Shown: positions 1 to 7,581, counted from the first letter of the stretch. The stretch: DNA of 63,878 nucleotides from an uncultured bacterium (GCA_913009415.1 CAJVYM010000001.1:1-63878), one strand, 5' to 3'. The notes: generated by a model not told the origin, from the sequence alone. Made by a program: numbers and translations.

Positions 1-328
1 TTTCATCATCTTCCATGGACGCACCGTCAGAGGCTAGCCGGGATTGCCCATGAGAGCCGGAACCCTGTATTGATAGTGATAGATGGGGACTGCGTCCGCT
101 GCCTGCTGGATCTGCCACGGCTTGGTGCCGACTCGTTCTCCAAGCGGCAGCAAGAACAGGTCCAGCGCCCGCTCGAACGTGTGGTCGCGATGCTCCTCGC
201 CAAAGAGCAGGAACTCCTGCACCCATCGTACCAGGTGTGGTTGGTGCTTGGGGGGCTAAGTCCCGATCTCGTAGGAACTTCGCATAGCCTTCGAGCACTG
301 TTTTCAGTTTCTTTCCAATCTCGCGCAT
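1..328 (-). pseudogene. Integron-type tyrosine recombinase (IntI-like), N-terminal part only, apparently disrupted; runs off the window
   Basis: Reverse strand from ATG 328 reads MREIGKKLKTVLEGYAKFLRDRDLAP. After a frame change at the G6 run 250-255 it reads KHQPHLVRWVQEFLLFGEEHRDHTFERALDLFLLPLGERVGTKPWQIQQAADAVPIYHYQY. There is an in-frame TAG at 36-34. The VRWV...(K)PWQIQQA...Y pattern resembles the SAM-like N-terminal domain of integron integrases. The catalytic domain lies outside the window. Confidence 0.5.
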
Positions 329-378
329 ATTTAGACCCCAGATTATGTACAATCTCCATAACTACCGTAATCGTGACA

Positions 379-520
379 TTATGTTAACCCGTGGCCAGAG
401 TCCTGTCCAAGGATTCCTGAGTTTTCGGTTGACAGTGAGGGTTTGACGACTACAATAAGGAAGTGGTATGGGAGTTCTTTGCTGGCAAACGGAGATTTTG
501 TGTAGAATAAGAAGTTGGCC
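379..520 (+). other. attI-like platform ending in crossover box GTTGGCC (514-520)
   Basis: It lies between the divergent intI remnant and the first cassette. GTTGGCC sits 6 nt before the ATG of ORF 527. The same heptamer is the R' box of attC1 and the complement of the GGCCAAC R'' boxes. Confidence 0.45.
429..456 (+). promoter_or_regulatory. Sigma70-like promoter facing the cassette array (Pc-like)
   Basis: TTGACA (429-434), 16-nt spacer, TACAAT (451-456). Confidence 0.5.
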
Positions 521-526
521 TGAGAG

Positions 527-1456
527 ATGAAAGACCATATTCAGAGAGCCCTATTGGCGAAACGGGAGTCGAAGTATGTCGACTTCAAAGGCGAACTTGA
601 TTTCGCAGAGCCTCACACTTGGTGCGAGATCGTCAAGGACATCGTCGCCATGGCGAACTCTGGCGGAGGTGTGCTCCTCATCGGACTGGATAACAAAGGC
701 GTTCCCACCGGATTTGATCCCCAGCCGATTCTTGACATTGACGAAGCGATTGTGACGGACAAGATCGAGAAGTATACAGGCGTTCAGTTCGATGGTTTCA
801 CGATTTCGGAAGAGAAGAAGAGAGGGAATCGCCTTGTGGCGATCCTTGTCGAAGGCGTATCTATCCCCATCGTCTTCACCAAACCTGGGACGTATGCCGT
901 CAGTAACAAGAAGCAGAAGACAGCATTCTCTGCAGGAACAGTCTACTTCCGACATGGTGCGAAAAGCGAACCTGGCAACACAAATGACCTTCGAAAAGTT
1001 ATCGAGCGTCAACTCGATGCTATCAGGCGATCATGGTTGAAGGGGGTTCGCAAGGTGGTCAAAGCTCCACCGGGGAGCCAAGTCTATACTTTTCCATCTG
1101 GCGTTGATGTCCGTGAGTCAGCATCCTCAGATGCGCGGGCGATTCGGATCGTGGACGACCCAGACGCCCCCGCGTACCGCAAGCTTGACTACGACCTTAC
1201 ACACCCGTTTCGACAGAAGGAGGCGGTTGCCGAGATCAATCGCGGACTTGCGGGAAGGACGTCTGTCAACTCGTTCGATATCCAGTGTATCAATCGGGTT
1301 TATGAGATGTGGGACAAAGATGAACTCTGTCACATACCGAAGTTCTCATCGCCGCAGTACTCGCGGGAATATGTATCTTGGGTAATCAGGCAATATGAAC
1401 AAGACAACGATTTCTTCACGAAGACTAGATCTATCGACTACGAACAGAGACATTAG
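527..1456 (+). CDS. AlbA_2 / Schlafen-type putative DNA-binding domain protein (cassette 1)
   Basis: 309-aa ORF. The N-terminus ESKYVDFKGELD...IVKDIVAMANSGGGVLLIGLDNKG matches the AlbA_2 domain signature as I recall it. The stop is 1 nt before attC1. Confidence 0.75.
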   Translation: MKDHIQRALLAKRESKYVDFKGELDFAEPHTWCEIVKDIVAMANSGGGVLLIGLDNKGVPTGFDPQPILDIDEAIVTDKIEKYTGVQFDGFTISEEKKRGNRLVAILVEGVSIPIVFTKPGTYAVSNKKQKTAFSAGTVYFRHGAKSEPGNTNDLRKVIERQLDAIRRSWLKGVRKVVKAPPGSQVYTFPSGVDVRESASSDARAIRIVDDPDAPAYRKLDYDLTHPFRQKEAVAEINRGLAGRTSVNSFDIQCINRVYEMWDKDELCHIPKFSSPQYSREYVSWVIRQYEQDNDFFTKTRSIDYEQRH

Positions 1457-1457
1457 A

Positions 1458-1527
1458 GGCCAACAATTGAATGCACTTGACCAAGAATAGCTACGCGATT
1501 CTTGGCAAGTGATTCAGATCGTTGGCC
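1458..1527 (+). repeat. attC recombination site 1 (70 nt)
   Basis: GGCCAAC-N9-CACTTGaCCAAGAAT-loop-ATTCTTGGcAAGTG-N9-GTTGGCC. This is an imperfect hairpin with one extrahelical A in the 5' arm. Its outer boxes fit RYYYAAC / GTTRRRY-like cores. Confidence 0.7.
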
Positions 1528-1565
1528 GTAAAAAACAAGCGCGGGGCATATAAATAGGTAGGGAC

Positions 1566-2207
1566 ATGGAAATAAGTAAAATTACAGATCCCAATAATCC
1601 TAAAATCTCTCCCAAATATCGTGCAAGTGATTATCGATCTTTAAATCTGCATGCAGATAAAAACGATAATTGGGAAAGAGCTACAGATATATTTTATGAT
1701 CGAATTAACGGACGATTTCTTGCGCCAATTGATGCAATTGTTAATCATGATTCGTACGAAATTAGAGAGTTTTCCGGATTTTCAATTCTTGCAATTGATT
1801 GTCTTATTATTGAAACATTAAATCAATTTTATAAAGGAATGGACGAAACGAGAGGAAAAAATTGGATAGCGTTTAGAGACTTCTTTCGGAATAGTCGGCA
1901 TTTTATGGATGAATTCAGAACAGATAAGATGTGCGAAATATTTTATGGCCATTTTCGATGTGGTCTGCTTCATCAAGCTCAAACAAAAAAACAATCAAAA
2001 ATACGTTATGGCGAGAGTCGTATGATTCAGCTAGCAGATGAGTCAGATGTAAGAAAAGGACTTATAGTAGATAGAAAATTATTTCATAATGCGATTAAGT
2101 TGGAAATCAAAGATTATATTGAGAGACTAAAAAAACCGAATTCTAAAGATTGCAAAATGTTACGACGCAATTTTATAAAGAAGATGGATTTTATTACAAA
2201 AGTATGA
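1566..2207 (+). CDS. Hypothetical protein, AT-rich orphan (cassette 2)
   Basis: 213-aa ORF with much lower GC than its surroundings and a Lys/Asn/Ile/Phe-rich composition. It is bounded by attC1 and attC2. I recognise no family. Confidence 0.7.
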   Translation: MEISKITDPNNPKISPKYRASDYRSLNLHADKNDNWERATDIFYDRINGRFLAPIDAIVNHDSYEIREFSGFSILAIDCLIIETLNQFYKGMDETRGKNWIAFRDFFRNSRHFMDEFRTDKMCEIFYGHFRCGLLHQAQTKKQSKIRYGESRMIQLADESDVRKGLIVDRKLFHNAIKLEIKDYIERLKKPNSKDCKMLRRNFIKKMDFITKV

Positions 2208-2213
2208 ATATTC

Positions 2214-2285
2214 GGCCAACAAAGCGCTCCACTTGACCGCTATTCCGCTGCGCTCCATAGCGGCAAGTGAGCTTGGTCGTTAGAC
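2214..2285 (+). repeat. attC recombination site 2 (72 nt)
   Basis: GGCCAAC-N9-CACTTGaCCGCTAT-loop-ATAGCGGcAAGTG-N9-GTTAGAC. It has the same architecture and the same extrahelical A as attC1, and starts 6 nt after the ORF stop. Confidence 0.7.
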
Positions 2286-2355
2286 TCTTGCCCATACAGT
2301 TCCTTGCGAGCACAATAAATGTGGTAGTGGATTATGGAACACGTTCCCTAGGAGG

Positions 2356-2568
2356 ATGGAAATGCCCTCTACAGCCATTGCTACGGTGGAGAAAATGTTG
2401 GAGTCTTTGCCCCAAGAAGCGCAAGAACAGGTAGTGGAACACCTACGAGAATATATCATGGACTTGCAGGATGAGCTTCGGTGGGATACGTTGTTCAAGC
2501 ATGCTCAGGATAAACTCGTTGCGGCGGCTTCAGTACCTCAACGATTTCGTCCATATCCGCCAGCATGA
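2356..2568 (+). CDS. Small antitoxin-like protein, possibly 3'-truncated
   Basis: An AGGAGG RBS precedes the ORF. ATVEKMLESLPQEAQEQVVEHLREYIMDLQDELRWDTLF resembles small helical antitoxin-type proteins. No partner toxin ORF follows, and the C-terminus runs into the duplicated platform. Confidence 0.4.
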   Translation: MEMPSTAIATVEKMLESLPQEAQEQVVEHLREYIMDLQDELRWDTLFKHAQDKLVAAASVPQRFRPYPPA

Positions 2569-2603
2569 CATACCCAACTCCCAAAATCACCATCAAATAC
2601 TTG

Positions 2604-2748
2604 TTATGTTAATCCATGCACGATCTTGTGAGGGCTTTTTCCGCCATTCCCCTTGGCAGACTCTCGTCGAAGTATCATAATAAGGTTCGTTCGCTGGTGA
2701 ACGCTCGCCGGGGAGAATGGAGATTTTGGACAGAATAAGAAGTTCGGG
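2604..2748 (+). repeat. Second copy of the Pc/attI-like platform
   Basis: Shared blocks with 379-520: TTATGTTAAYCC; promoter hexamers TTGGCA-17-CATAAT (2653-2681) followed by AATAAGG; GCTGGYRAACG; and GGAGATTTTGNNNAGAATAAGAAGTT. The two copies diverge immediately after the GTT. Confidence 0.55.
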
Positions 2749-2757
2749 AGAAATAAG

Positions 2758-3228
2758 ATGAACCAATACAATGAAAAGCCTATCTCTTGCCTCGTTCGCC
2801 ACTGCCGAATGTACATTTATGCATCAGGCGGTAGCCCTGAGCCTATGGTCAACCAAAGCGCGGGAGATTTCTTTAACTTTAGCCTCTTACATCTCATATC
2901 AACAATGTTCATCACTACAGATTCACAAAGCGATCCCGAGGGAGGCGCCTTTCATCGCATTCTTGATCCCTTGGGGTATGGTACATTGCTGGGCCCTATA
3001 GACAATATACTTGATTCCCAAGTAGGGAATACAATACTAAGGCAATATATCAGGTCAAAGAGGAATAAATTGGCCGTACATGGTTCTCTGGAATTTTCCT
3101 CTCAGCCCCGTGAAGTACAGGATGTTACATTCGATAAGGAAGCACTTATGCAATTTGAGAAAAGGATGCAAGATCTTGATGAGGCTGTTGGTGTCTTAGA
3201 AGGAGAACTTGAAAAGATTGAAAAATAG
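2758..3228 (+). CDS. Hypothetical protein (cassette after the second platform)
   Basis: 156-aa ORF. Its ATG sits 13 nt after the GTT of the platform copy, mirroring ORF 527. The C-terminal half looks coiled-coil-like. No family recognised. Confidence 0.6.
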   Translation: MNQYNEKPISCLVRHCRMYIYASGGSPEPMVNQSAGDFFNFSLLHLISTMFITTDSQSDPEGGAFHRILDPLGYGTLLGPIDNILDSQVGNTILRQYIRSKRNKLAVHGSLEFSSQPREVQDVTFDKEALMQFEKRMQDLDEAVGVLEGELEKIEK

Positions 3229-3235
3229 ATGAATT

Positions 3236-3300
3236 CCCAAACTAGTGGCCGGAGAGGGACGCGGCAAAAAACGCCGCGCCCCTCAGCCAGCCCGTTACGA
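3236..3300 (+). repeat. attC-like hairpin 3 (65 nt)
   Basis: CCCAAAC...GGGaCGCGGC-loop-GCCGCGcCCC...GTTACGA. The left box is complementary in 6 of 7 positions to the GTTCGGG that begins this cassette. Confidence 0.4.
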
Positions 3301-3310
3301 GTACTCAGGA

Positions 3311-3577
3311 ATGATACACCAACGGCAACGGCAGGAGATGAACTGCTGGGAGTACATGAACTGCGGATGCCAGCCCAGCGGAGACAAAGCCGCGGAGCTC
3401 TGTGAATGTCCGGCGACCGTCGTCGGAGAGTATACCGACGGCAGATATAACAGAGGCACGTGTCTTGGCTGCCAGAGCTTTGGGATCGGCTTTAGCGTCT
3501 GGTCTTGCAATCCAACACATTCACCGGCCTTGTGTGTCTTTCTCATACCCCTGAACCCGCAGCTTGTACAACGTTAG
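3311..3577 (+). CDS. Small cysteine-rich protein with a two-CW-like N-terminal motif
   Basis: MNCWEYMNCG...AAELCECPA...GTCLGCQSF resembles the NCWE(F/Y)xxCG motif of two-CW domain proteins. An alternative start is ATG 3338. The 3' end lies inside repeat A. Confidence 0.35.
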   Translation: MIHQRQRQEMNCWEYMNCGCQPSGDKAAELCECPATVVGEYTDGRYNRGTCLGCQSFGIGFSVWSCNPTHSPALCVFLIPLNPQLVQR

Positions 3578-3645
3578 CGAGTTGGCGCGTCCACACGGAA
3601 AGGCTTTGAGATATGGGGTATGCGGAAACCTCGTGGCAAGCTACG
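3479..3645 (+). repeat. Direct repeat copy A (about 160 nt)
   Basis: Aligns by eye with 5612-5762. Example blocks: TTTGGGATCGGCTTTAG, GTCTGGTCTT, TCCAACACATTCACC, ATACCCCTGAA, AACGTTAGC, GGCAAG.CTACG. Confidence 0.7.
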
Positions 3646-3943
3646 GGAAATCCAACCCACAGAGATTAAATGATCTGCCGCCGGCGGGTTGCCCAAGGCT
3701 TACTGACACCTACGGCGAGGACTTCTTCTTCCGGGTAACCCAACACTGCCACAAACTTCTGACAGGGATAGCGAGGCCGCTCTGTGGGTACAGGGATCCC
3801 CGAAGCGCGTGCCGTGCCATCGTTTCTTGGAATCCAGACGCACGTGGTACCATTACGGATGCCTTGTGCGGTGAAACGTAAGGCAGGGAATCAAACCACG
3901 CCATCAACCTGACGCCCAAGGCCGGGGGCCTCGGCCGCAGGTT

Positions 3944-4061
3944 ATGTTCCCGTTCGGTAATATTTGTGTTAAAAAGACTCGTGTACAACAAAATGTTCCC
4001 GTTCGGTAATATTTTGCTTGACAGGCACTCCGTGGTACGGTATATTCCCGATCGGTAACAT
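3944..4061 (+). promoter_or_regulatory. hipBA promoter with three palindromic operators
   Basis: Three 20-mers: ATGTTCCCGTTCGGTAATAT at 3944 and 3993, and the inverted variant ATATTCCCGATCGGTAACAT at 4042. They are spaced exactly 49 bp apart. The promoter is TTGACA (4018-4023), 17 nt, TATATT (4041-4046). Confidence 0.6.
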
Positions 4062-4302
4062 GAATACTACTAAGAATCCAGAGCAGCTTGGCGCCTCTAT
4101 TCGCGCAAGGCGCAGACAGTTGAAGGTCACCCAGAAGGACCTGGCGATGACTTGTGGTACGGGTTTGCGCTTCATTATTGATCTTGAGAAGGGCAAGCGA
4201 ACCTGCCAAATTGGAAAGACCCTACAGGTTCTCAACGCCCTGGGGCTCGAACTGCAGATCGCTATCCCTGGCGGTGACACTGACCAAGGCGAGAAGCCAT
4301 GA
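4060..4302 (+). CDS. hipB: XRE-family HTH antitoxin HipB
   Basis: LGASIRARRRQLKVTQKDLAMTCGTGLRFIIDLEKGK is an HTH_XRE pattern. The stop overlaps the hipA start (ATGA). Confidence 0.8.
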   Translation: MNTTKNPEQLGASIRARRRQLKVTQKDLAMTCGTGLRFIIDLEKGKRTCQIGKTLQVLNALGLELQIAIPGGDTDQGEKP

Positions 4303-5555
4303 ACAACTTGATCGTTTATCTGAACGCCGAGAGAGTGGGAACCCTCGAACAAGACGATAGTGGCTTGATGCAATTCTCCTACAATCAGGCATGGCTGGAG
4401 AAGCCGGGCGCCATGCCCCTCTCCCGTTCACTGCCTCTCCAAAGCGAGGTGTTCTCTGGAAAAAAGGCTAGGCCTTTCTTTGCGGGCATACTGCCTGAAG
4501 ATCGACCACGAGAAAAGATAGCAGAGATTCTCGGGATCAGTAACACCAATGACTTTGCAATGCTAGAGAGGATAGGAGGCGAGTGCGCCGGCGCTGTCAG
4601 CCTGCTTCCTGAAGGCGTTGCTCCGATAGATCCGAAAAGTGCTCGGCATCGCGAACTGACCGAACCGGAGTTGCGACAACTCATAGCCGAGTTACCCAGT
4701 CGTCCCTTAATGGTTGGTAAGTATGGACTGCGACTCTCACTCGCCGGTGCGCAGGACAAATTGCCCATTATCGTTCATAATAACAGAATATGTCTCCCTC
4801 TTGGCGGTACTCCCAGTACTCACATACTAAAACCGGAGCCAGATCGTTTTCCGGGACTGGCCGCCAACGAGATTTTCTGTATGACTCTAGCGCAGGCAGT
4901 TGGTTTGAACACACCCAATACGGAATATCGTCTGATCGGAAAGAAATCGTGTATTCTAGTTCAAAGATATGACCGAGCGACTGATGAAGAAGGTCGTACG
5001 ACCCGACTCCACCAAGAGGACTTCTGCCAGGCATTGGGATTTCCACCGGAGCGAAAGTACCAGGCAGAGGGGGGGCCAACGCTTAGCGACTGCATTTCGC
5101 TGCTTCGGGACTGGTCCACTGCACCAGTTCTTGATATCCCCAGCTTTATAAACGGCCTGATTTTCAATGTGTTGATTGGCAACGCCGATGCTCACGGCAA
5201 GAACTACTCGTTATTGTATTCTGGTGGCGAACGACGGCTATCTCCCTATTATGATCTTGTCTCCACTCTTGCTTGGCCTGGCCTCTCCAAGAATCTCGCG
5301 ATGAAAATTGGTGGCTGCGAATCAGTCAACGCATTCACGATTGGTGAATGGAAGAAGATGGCAAAGAAGGCTGGTCTCGGTTGGCCGATGATACGAGAAC
5401 GAATGGCAGAAAGCTGCCACAGTGTTTTGAACGAGCTTGGCGAGGTCCAGGCACAGACCAGAGAATACAGCGATTCGATGGTTACACTACTTCATGAAAC
5501 CATAGGAAGTCGCGTGGCCAGAATGCTTGAAGCACTTTCCCAGCAAGACCACTAG
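4299..5555 (+). CDS. hipA: HipA-family serine/threonine kinase toxin
   Basis: 418 aa with a HipA N-terminal coupling region. It also has LAGAQDKLP and GNADAHGKNYSLLY kinase motifs. Confidence 0.9.
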   Translation: MNNLIVYLNAERVGTLEQDDSGLMQFSYNQAWLEKPGAMPLSRSLPLQSEVFSGKKARPFFAGILPEDRPREKIAEILGISNTNDFAMLERIGGECAGAVSLLPEGVAPIDPKSARHRELTEPELRQLIAELPSRPLMVGKYGLRLSLAGAQDKLPIIVHNNRICLPLGGTPSTHILKPEPDRFPGLAANEIFCMTLAQAVGLNTPNTEYRLIGKKSCILVQRYDRATDEEGRTTRLHQEDFCQALGFPPERKYQAEGGPTLSDCISLLRDWSTAPVLDIPSFINGLIFNVLIGNADAHGKNYSLLYSGGERRLSPYYDLVSTLAWPGLSKNLAMKIGGCESVNAFTIGEWKKMAKKAGLGWPMIRERMAESCHSVLNELGEVQAQTREYSDSMVTLLHETIGSRVARMLEALSQQDH

Positions 5556-5611
5556 TCGAACCACAGGATTCAGCCGACTCGCAAGCTCGCAGCTGATCCA
5601 AACGTAAGGCG

Positions 5612-5762
5612 TTTGGGATCGGCTTTAGGGTCTGGTCTTCCAGTCCAACACATTCACCAGCCTTGCATTTTCCTATACCCCTGAAACCGCCGCTTGAATA
5701 ACGTTAGCACGTGTTCACGCAGAGGCTTGGAGATGGGGCGAACTGCCGTTGGCAAGTCTACG
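5612..5762 (+). repeat. Direct repeat copy B
   Basis: Roughly four-fifths identical by eye to 3479-3645, with small indels. It lies between hipA and the DUF433 promoter. Confidence 0.7.
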
Positions 5763-5770
5763 CGTTGAGA

Positions 5771-5799
5771 TTGGATGGTAGGGTAGCCCGCTGTATAAT
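5771..5799 (+). promoter_or_regulatory. Sigma70-like promoter of the DUF433/DUF5615 pair
   Basis: TTGGAT, 17 nt, TATAAT, followed by a GGAGG RBS and ATG 5817. Confidence 0.5.
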
Positions 5800-5816
5800 C
5801 CTTGCGGAGGAAGATC

Positions 5817-6041
5817 ATGTCCAAGATCGCTGATCGCATCGTAGTCGACATGCAAGTGATGCACGGGAAGCCCGTCATCGCTGGAACCCGCATTCCTGTC
5901 TATGTCGTGCTCAACTTGCTAGCTGGCGGCTTCAGTCCGGAGCAGGTTCTCAAAGAATATCCTGATCTCATCCTCGAAGATGTCCAAGCGTGTCTGGCCT
6001 ATGCCGCGCGCTTGGCGGAGGAAGAAGTCGGGGTTTTCTGA
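5817..6041 (+). CDS. DUF433 domain protein (antitoxin-like)
   Basis: IVVDMQVMHGKPVIAGTRIPVYVVLNLLAGGFSPEQVLKEYPDL is the typical DUF433 pattern. Confidence 0.8.
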   Translation: MSKIADRIVVDMQVMHGKPVIAGTRIPVYVVLNLLAGGFSPEQVLKEYPDLILEDVQACLAYAARLAEEEVGVF

Positions 6042-6047
6042 AGCACC

Positions 6048-6410
6048 GTGATGAGGTTCTTGATAGACGAGAATATATCGCCATTGGTTGCTGAAGCCTT
6101 ACGGCAGCAGGGCTATGATGTGCAACATGTCCGCGAGATTGGGTTGAAAGGCCGACCCGACTCAGAGATCATGGCCTACACCCGGAGTGAGAGGCGATGC
6201 CTAGTTACTTTAGATGAGGATTTTGCCGATCTGCGTTTCTACCCCTTGGGCACGCATGCTGGGATCATTCGTCTCAAGCTCAAGTTCGCCCCATCCTCAA
6301 CGGTTATCACGTGTTTGACGCACCTCCTGCCACAGCTCCAGGCAGACCTCTTGGAGAAGGGAAGTCTGATTATCTCTGAGGGGACCACATATCGCATCCG
6401 AGTTCCCTGA
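6048..6410 (+). CDS. DUF5615 / Mut7-C-like PIN-type putative toxin
   Basis: MRFLIDENISPLVAEALRQQGYDVQHV...CLVTLDEDFADL. It is the usual partner of DUF433. Confidence 0.8.
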   Translation: MMRFLIDENISPLVAEALRQQGYDVQHVREIGLKGRPDSEIMAYTRSERRCLVTLDEDFADLRFYPLGTHAGIIRLKLKFAPSSTVITCLTHLLPQLQADLLEKGSLIISEGTTYRIRVP

Positions 6411-6591
6411 GGGCTTGGGTTGCCCTGTTTTCTTAGAAAGAGGGCGATGAAGCTATGTTCCACCCCAAGTTCTTGTCGCGATGCCCTCAGCGCTCCCAAA
6501 GACCTCAGGGATTCTGTTACTTCGCCAGATCGCTCGTTCTCCAAGCAAATCGTTGCACCGGCTCTGCCCCTGTGGTACCCTCTTGTTTGCC

Positions 6592-7581
6592 ATGCAGAGC
6601 CCCACGATGACTGATAACAACGTGCATCCCACAGCCTCATCCCTCCTTGTTGTCCCGCACGGGACTGACAGGGTAGCCGAGGGACGGCGGCGCGCGGCCA
6701 CGTTGCTCGCACGTTCCCCTCAAGAGAAGAGTCTCGTCCTCCGAGGAGGACATCCCGACCTGATAGAGCTTTCCGCACCGGAAGGGAAGGAAAAGATAGG
6801 GATCGCGCAGGTGCGCGAGGTGATCCACCAGGCGCAGTTTGCCCCCACGCAGGCCACACAAAAGGTATGTCTGCTGCCGCGTGCCGAGCAACTGACGATG
6901 GAAGCGGCAAACGCTCTTCTTAAGGTATTGGAAGAGCCGCCGCGCGGCCTTGTGTTCCTCTTCCTTGCCGAGAATCCGGGCGATCTCCTGTCGACAATCG
7001 TGTCGCGCAGCCAGGTTATCCGCGAGCGACCAAGCATCGATGTGGATAGCGTCTCCCGCCTGACCCAGGCCAGTTATGAGGAAAGGGAAGCTCATTACAT
7101 TGTTGACACAGTGGAAAATGAGAGCGAGCTGGAACAATTCATCGCTCATCCGATCGACCTTGCACACGCAAAGAAGGAAGCGGCTCAAGTGGCAGCGGAG
7201 GCAACAGGAACTGAACTTATCGCACTTGCCACAGGAGATGATCCGATCGTCAGGCGCGGGGCCACGTTACGGTTGCTGCGGCGGCTTACGCAAGGAGAGC
7301 ATGAGCTCGCCATCGTTTCCTCTATCGCCATCGCTCGCGCTGGGCGTGAGGCCGCCGCGCGCTTGCTCGGGCAGCTACTCACGGCATCATTCTCCGCGCT
7401 GCGTGAAGCAGTGGAGGAAGAAGGCAATCATCGTGCCGACCAGCCCAGGCTAGGGCTGGATCCAACCGCGTGGGGTGCCACTTGCCAGCGCATCCAACGG
7501 GCACAACGAGCGCTTGACCGCTATACTTTCCCCGACGGAGTCTTCCTGTCGCTCTTTCTTGGCATAGGCAGAGGTGGATGA
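6592..7581 (+). CDS. holB: DNA polymerase III delta' subunit
   Basis: GGHPDLIEL...IGIAQVREV...KVCLLPRAEQLTMEAANALLKVLEEPP. The start is uncertain (ATG 6592 or 6607); the longer ORF from 6481 lacks support. Confidence 0.8.
   Translation: MQSPTMTDNNVHPTASSLLVVPHGTDRVAEGRRRAATLLARSPQEKSLVLRGGHPDLIELSAPEGKEKIGIAQVREVIHQAQFAPTQATQKVCLLPRAEQLTMEAANALLKVLEEPPRGLVFLFLAENPGDLLSTIVSRSQVIRERPSIDVDSVSRLTQASYEEREAHYIVDTVENESELEQFIAHPIDLAHAKKEAAQVAAEATGTELIALATGDDPIVRRGATLRLLRRLTQGEHELAIVSSIAIARAGREAAARLLGQLLTASFSALREAVEEEGNHRADQPRLGLDPTAWGATCQRIQRAQRALDRYTFPDGVFLSLFLGIGRGG

Noticed and set aside
3564-3881. A 105-aa ORF between the two-CW-like gene and hipBA.
   Set aside because: It starts inside repeat A, has no RBS and has an odd composition. 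I treat the interval as non-coding spacer.
3874-5610. The 11-mer AAACGTAAGGC at 3874-3884 and 5600-5610, as a possible target-site duplication flanking a hipBA insertion.
   Set aside because: A single 11-mer match within about 6 kb is roughly what chance predicts. There are also no terminal inverted repeats inside the putative element.
3479-5762. Interpreting repeats A and B as long attC sites.
   Set aside because: They contain RYYYAAC-like and GTTAGC words. However, I could not pair a left arm with a right arm, and they share nothing with the CACTTG/CAAGTG boxes of attC1 and attC2.
6239-6910. Long ORFs antisense to, or out of frame with, well-supported genes: 6239-6910 (-), 16686-17564 (+), 17732-19018 (+), 21361-21948 (-), 22126-22914 (-), 46259-47098 (-), 57167-58150 (-), 58595-59278 (-) and 61752-62804 (-).
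   Set aside because: Each overlaps a gene with clear family motifs on the other strand or in another frame. Their Arg/Pro/Gly/His-rich, low-complexity translations are typical shadow ORFs of GC-rich DNA.
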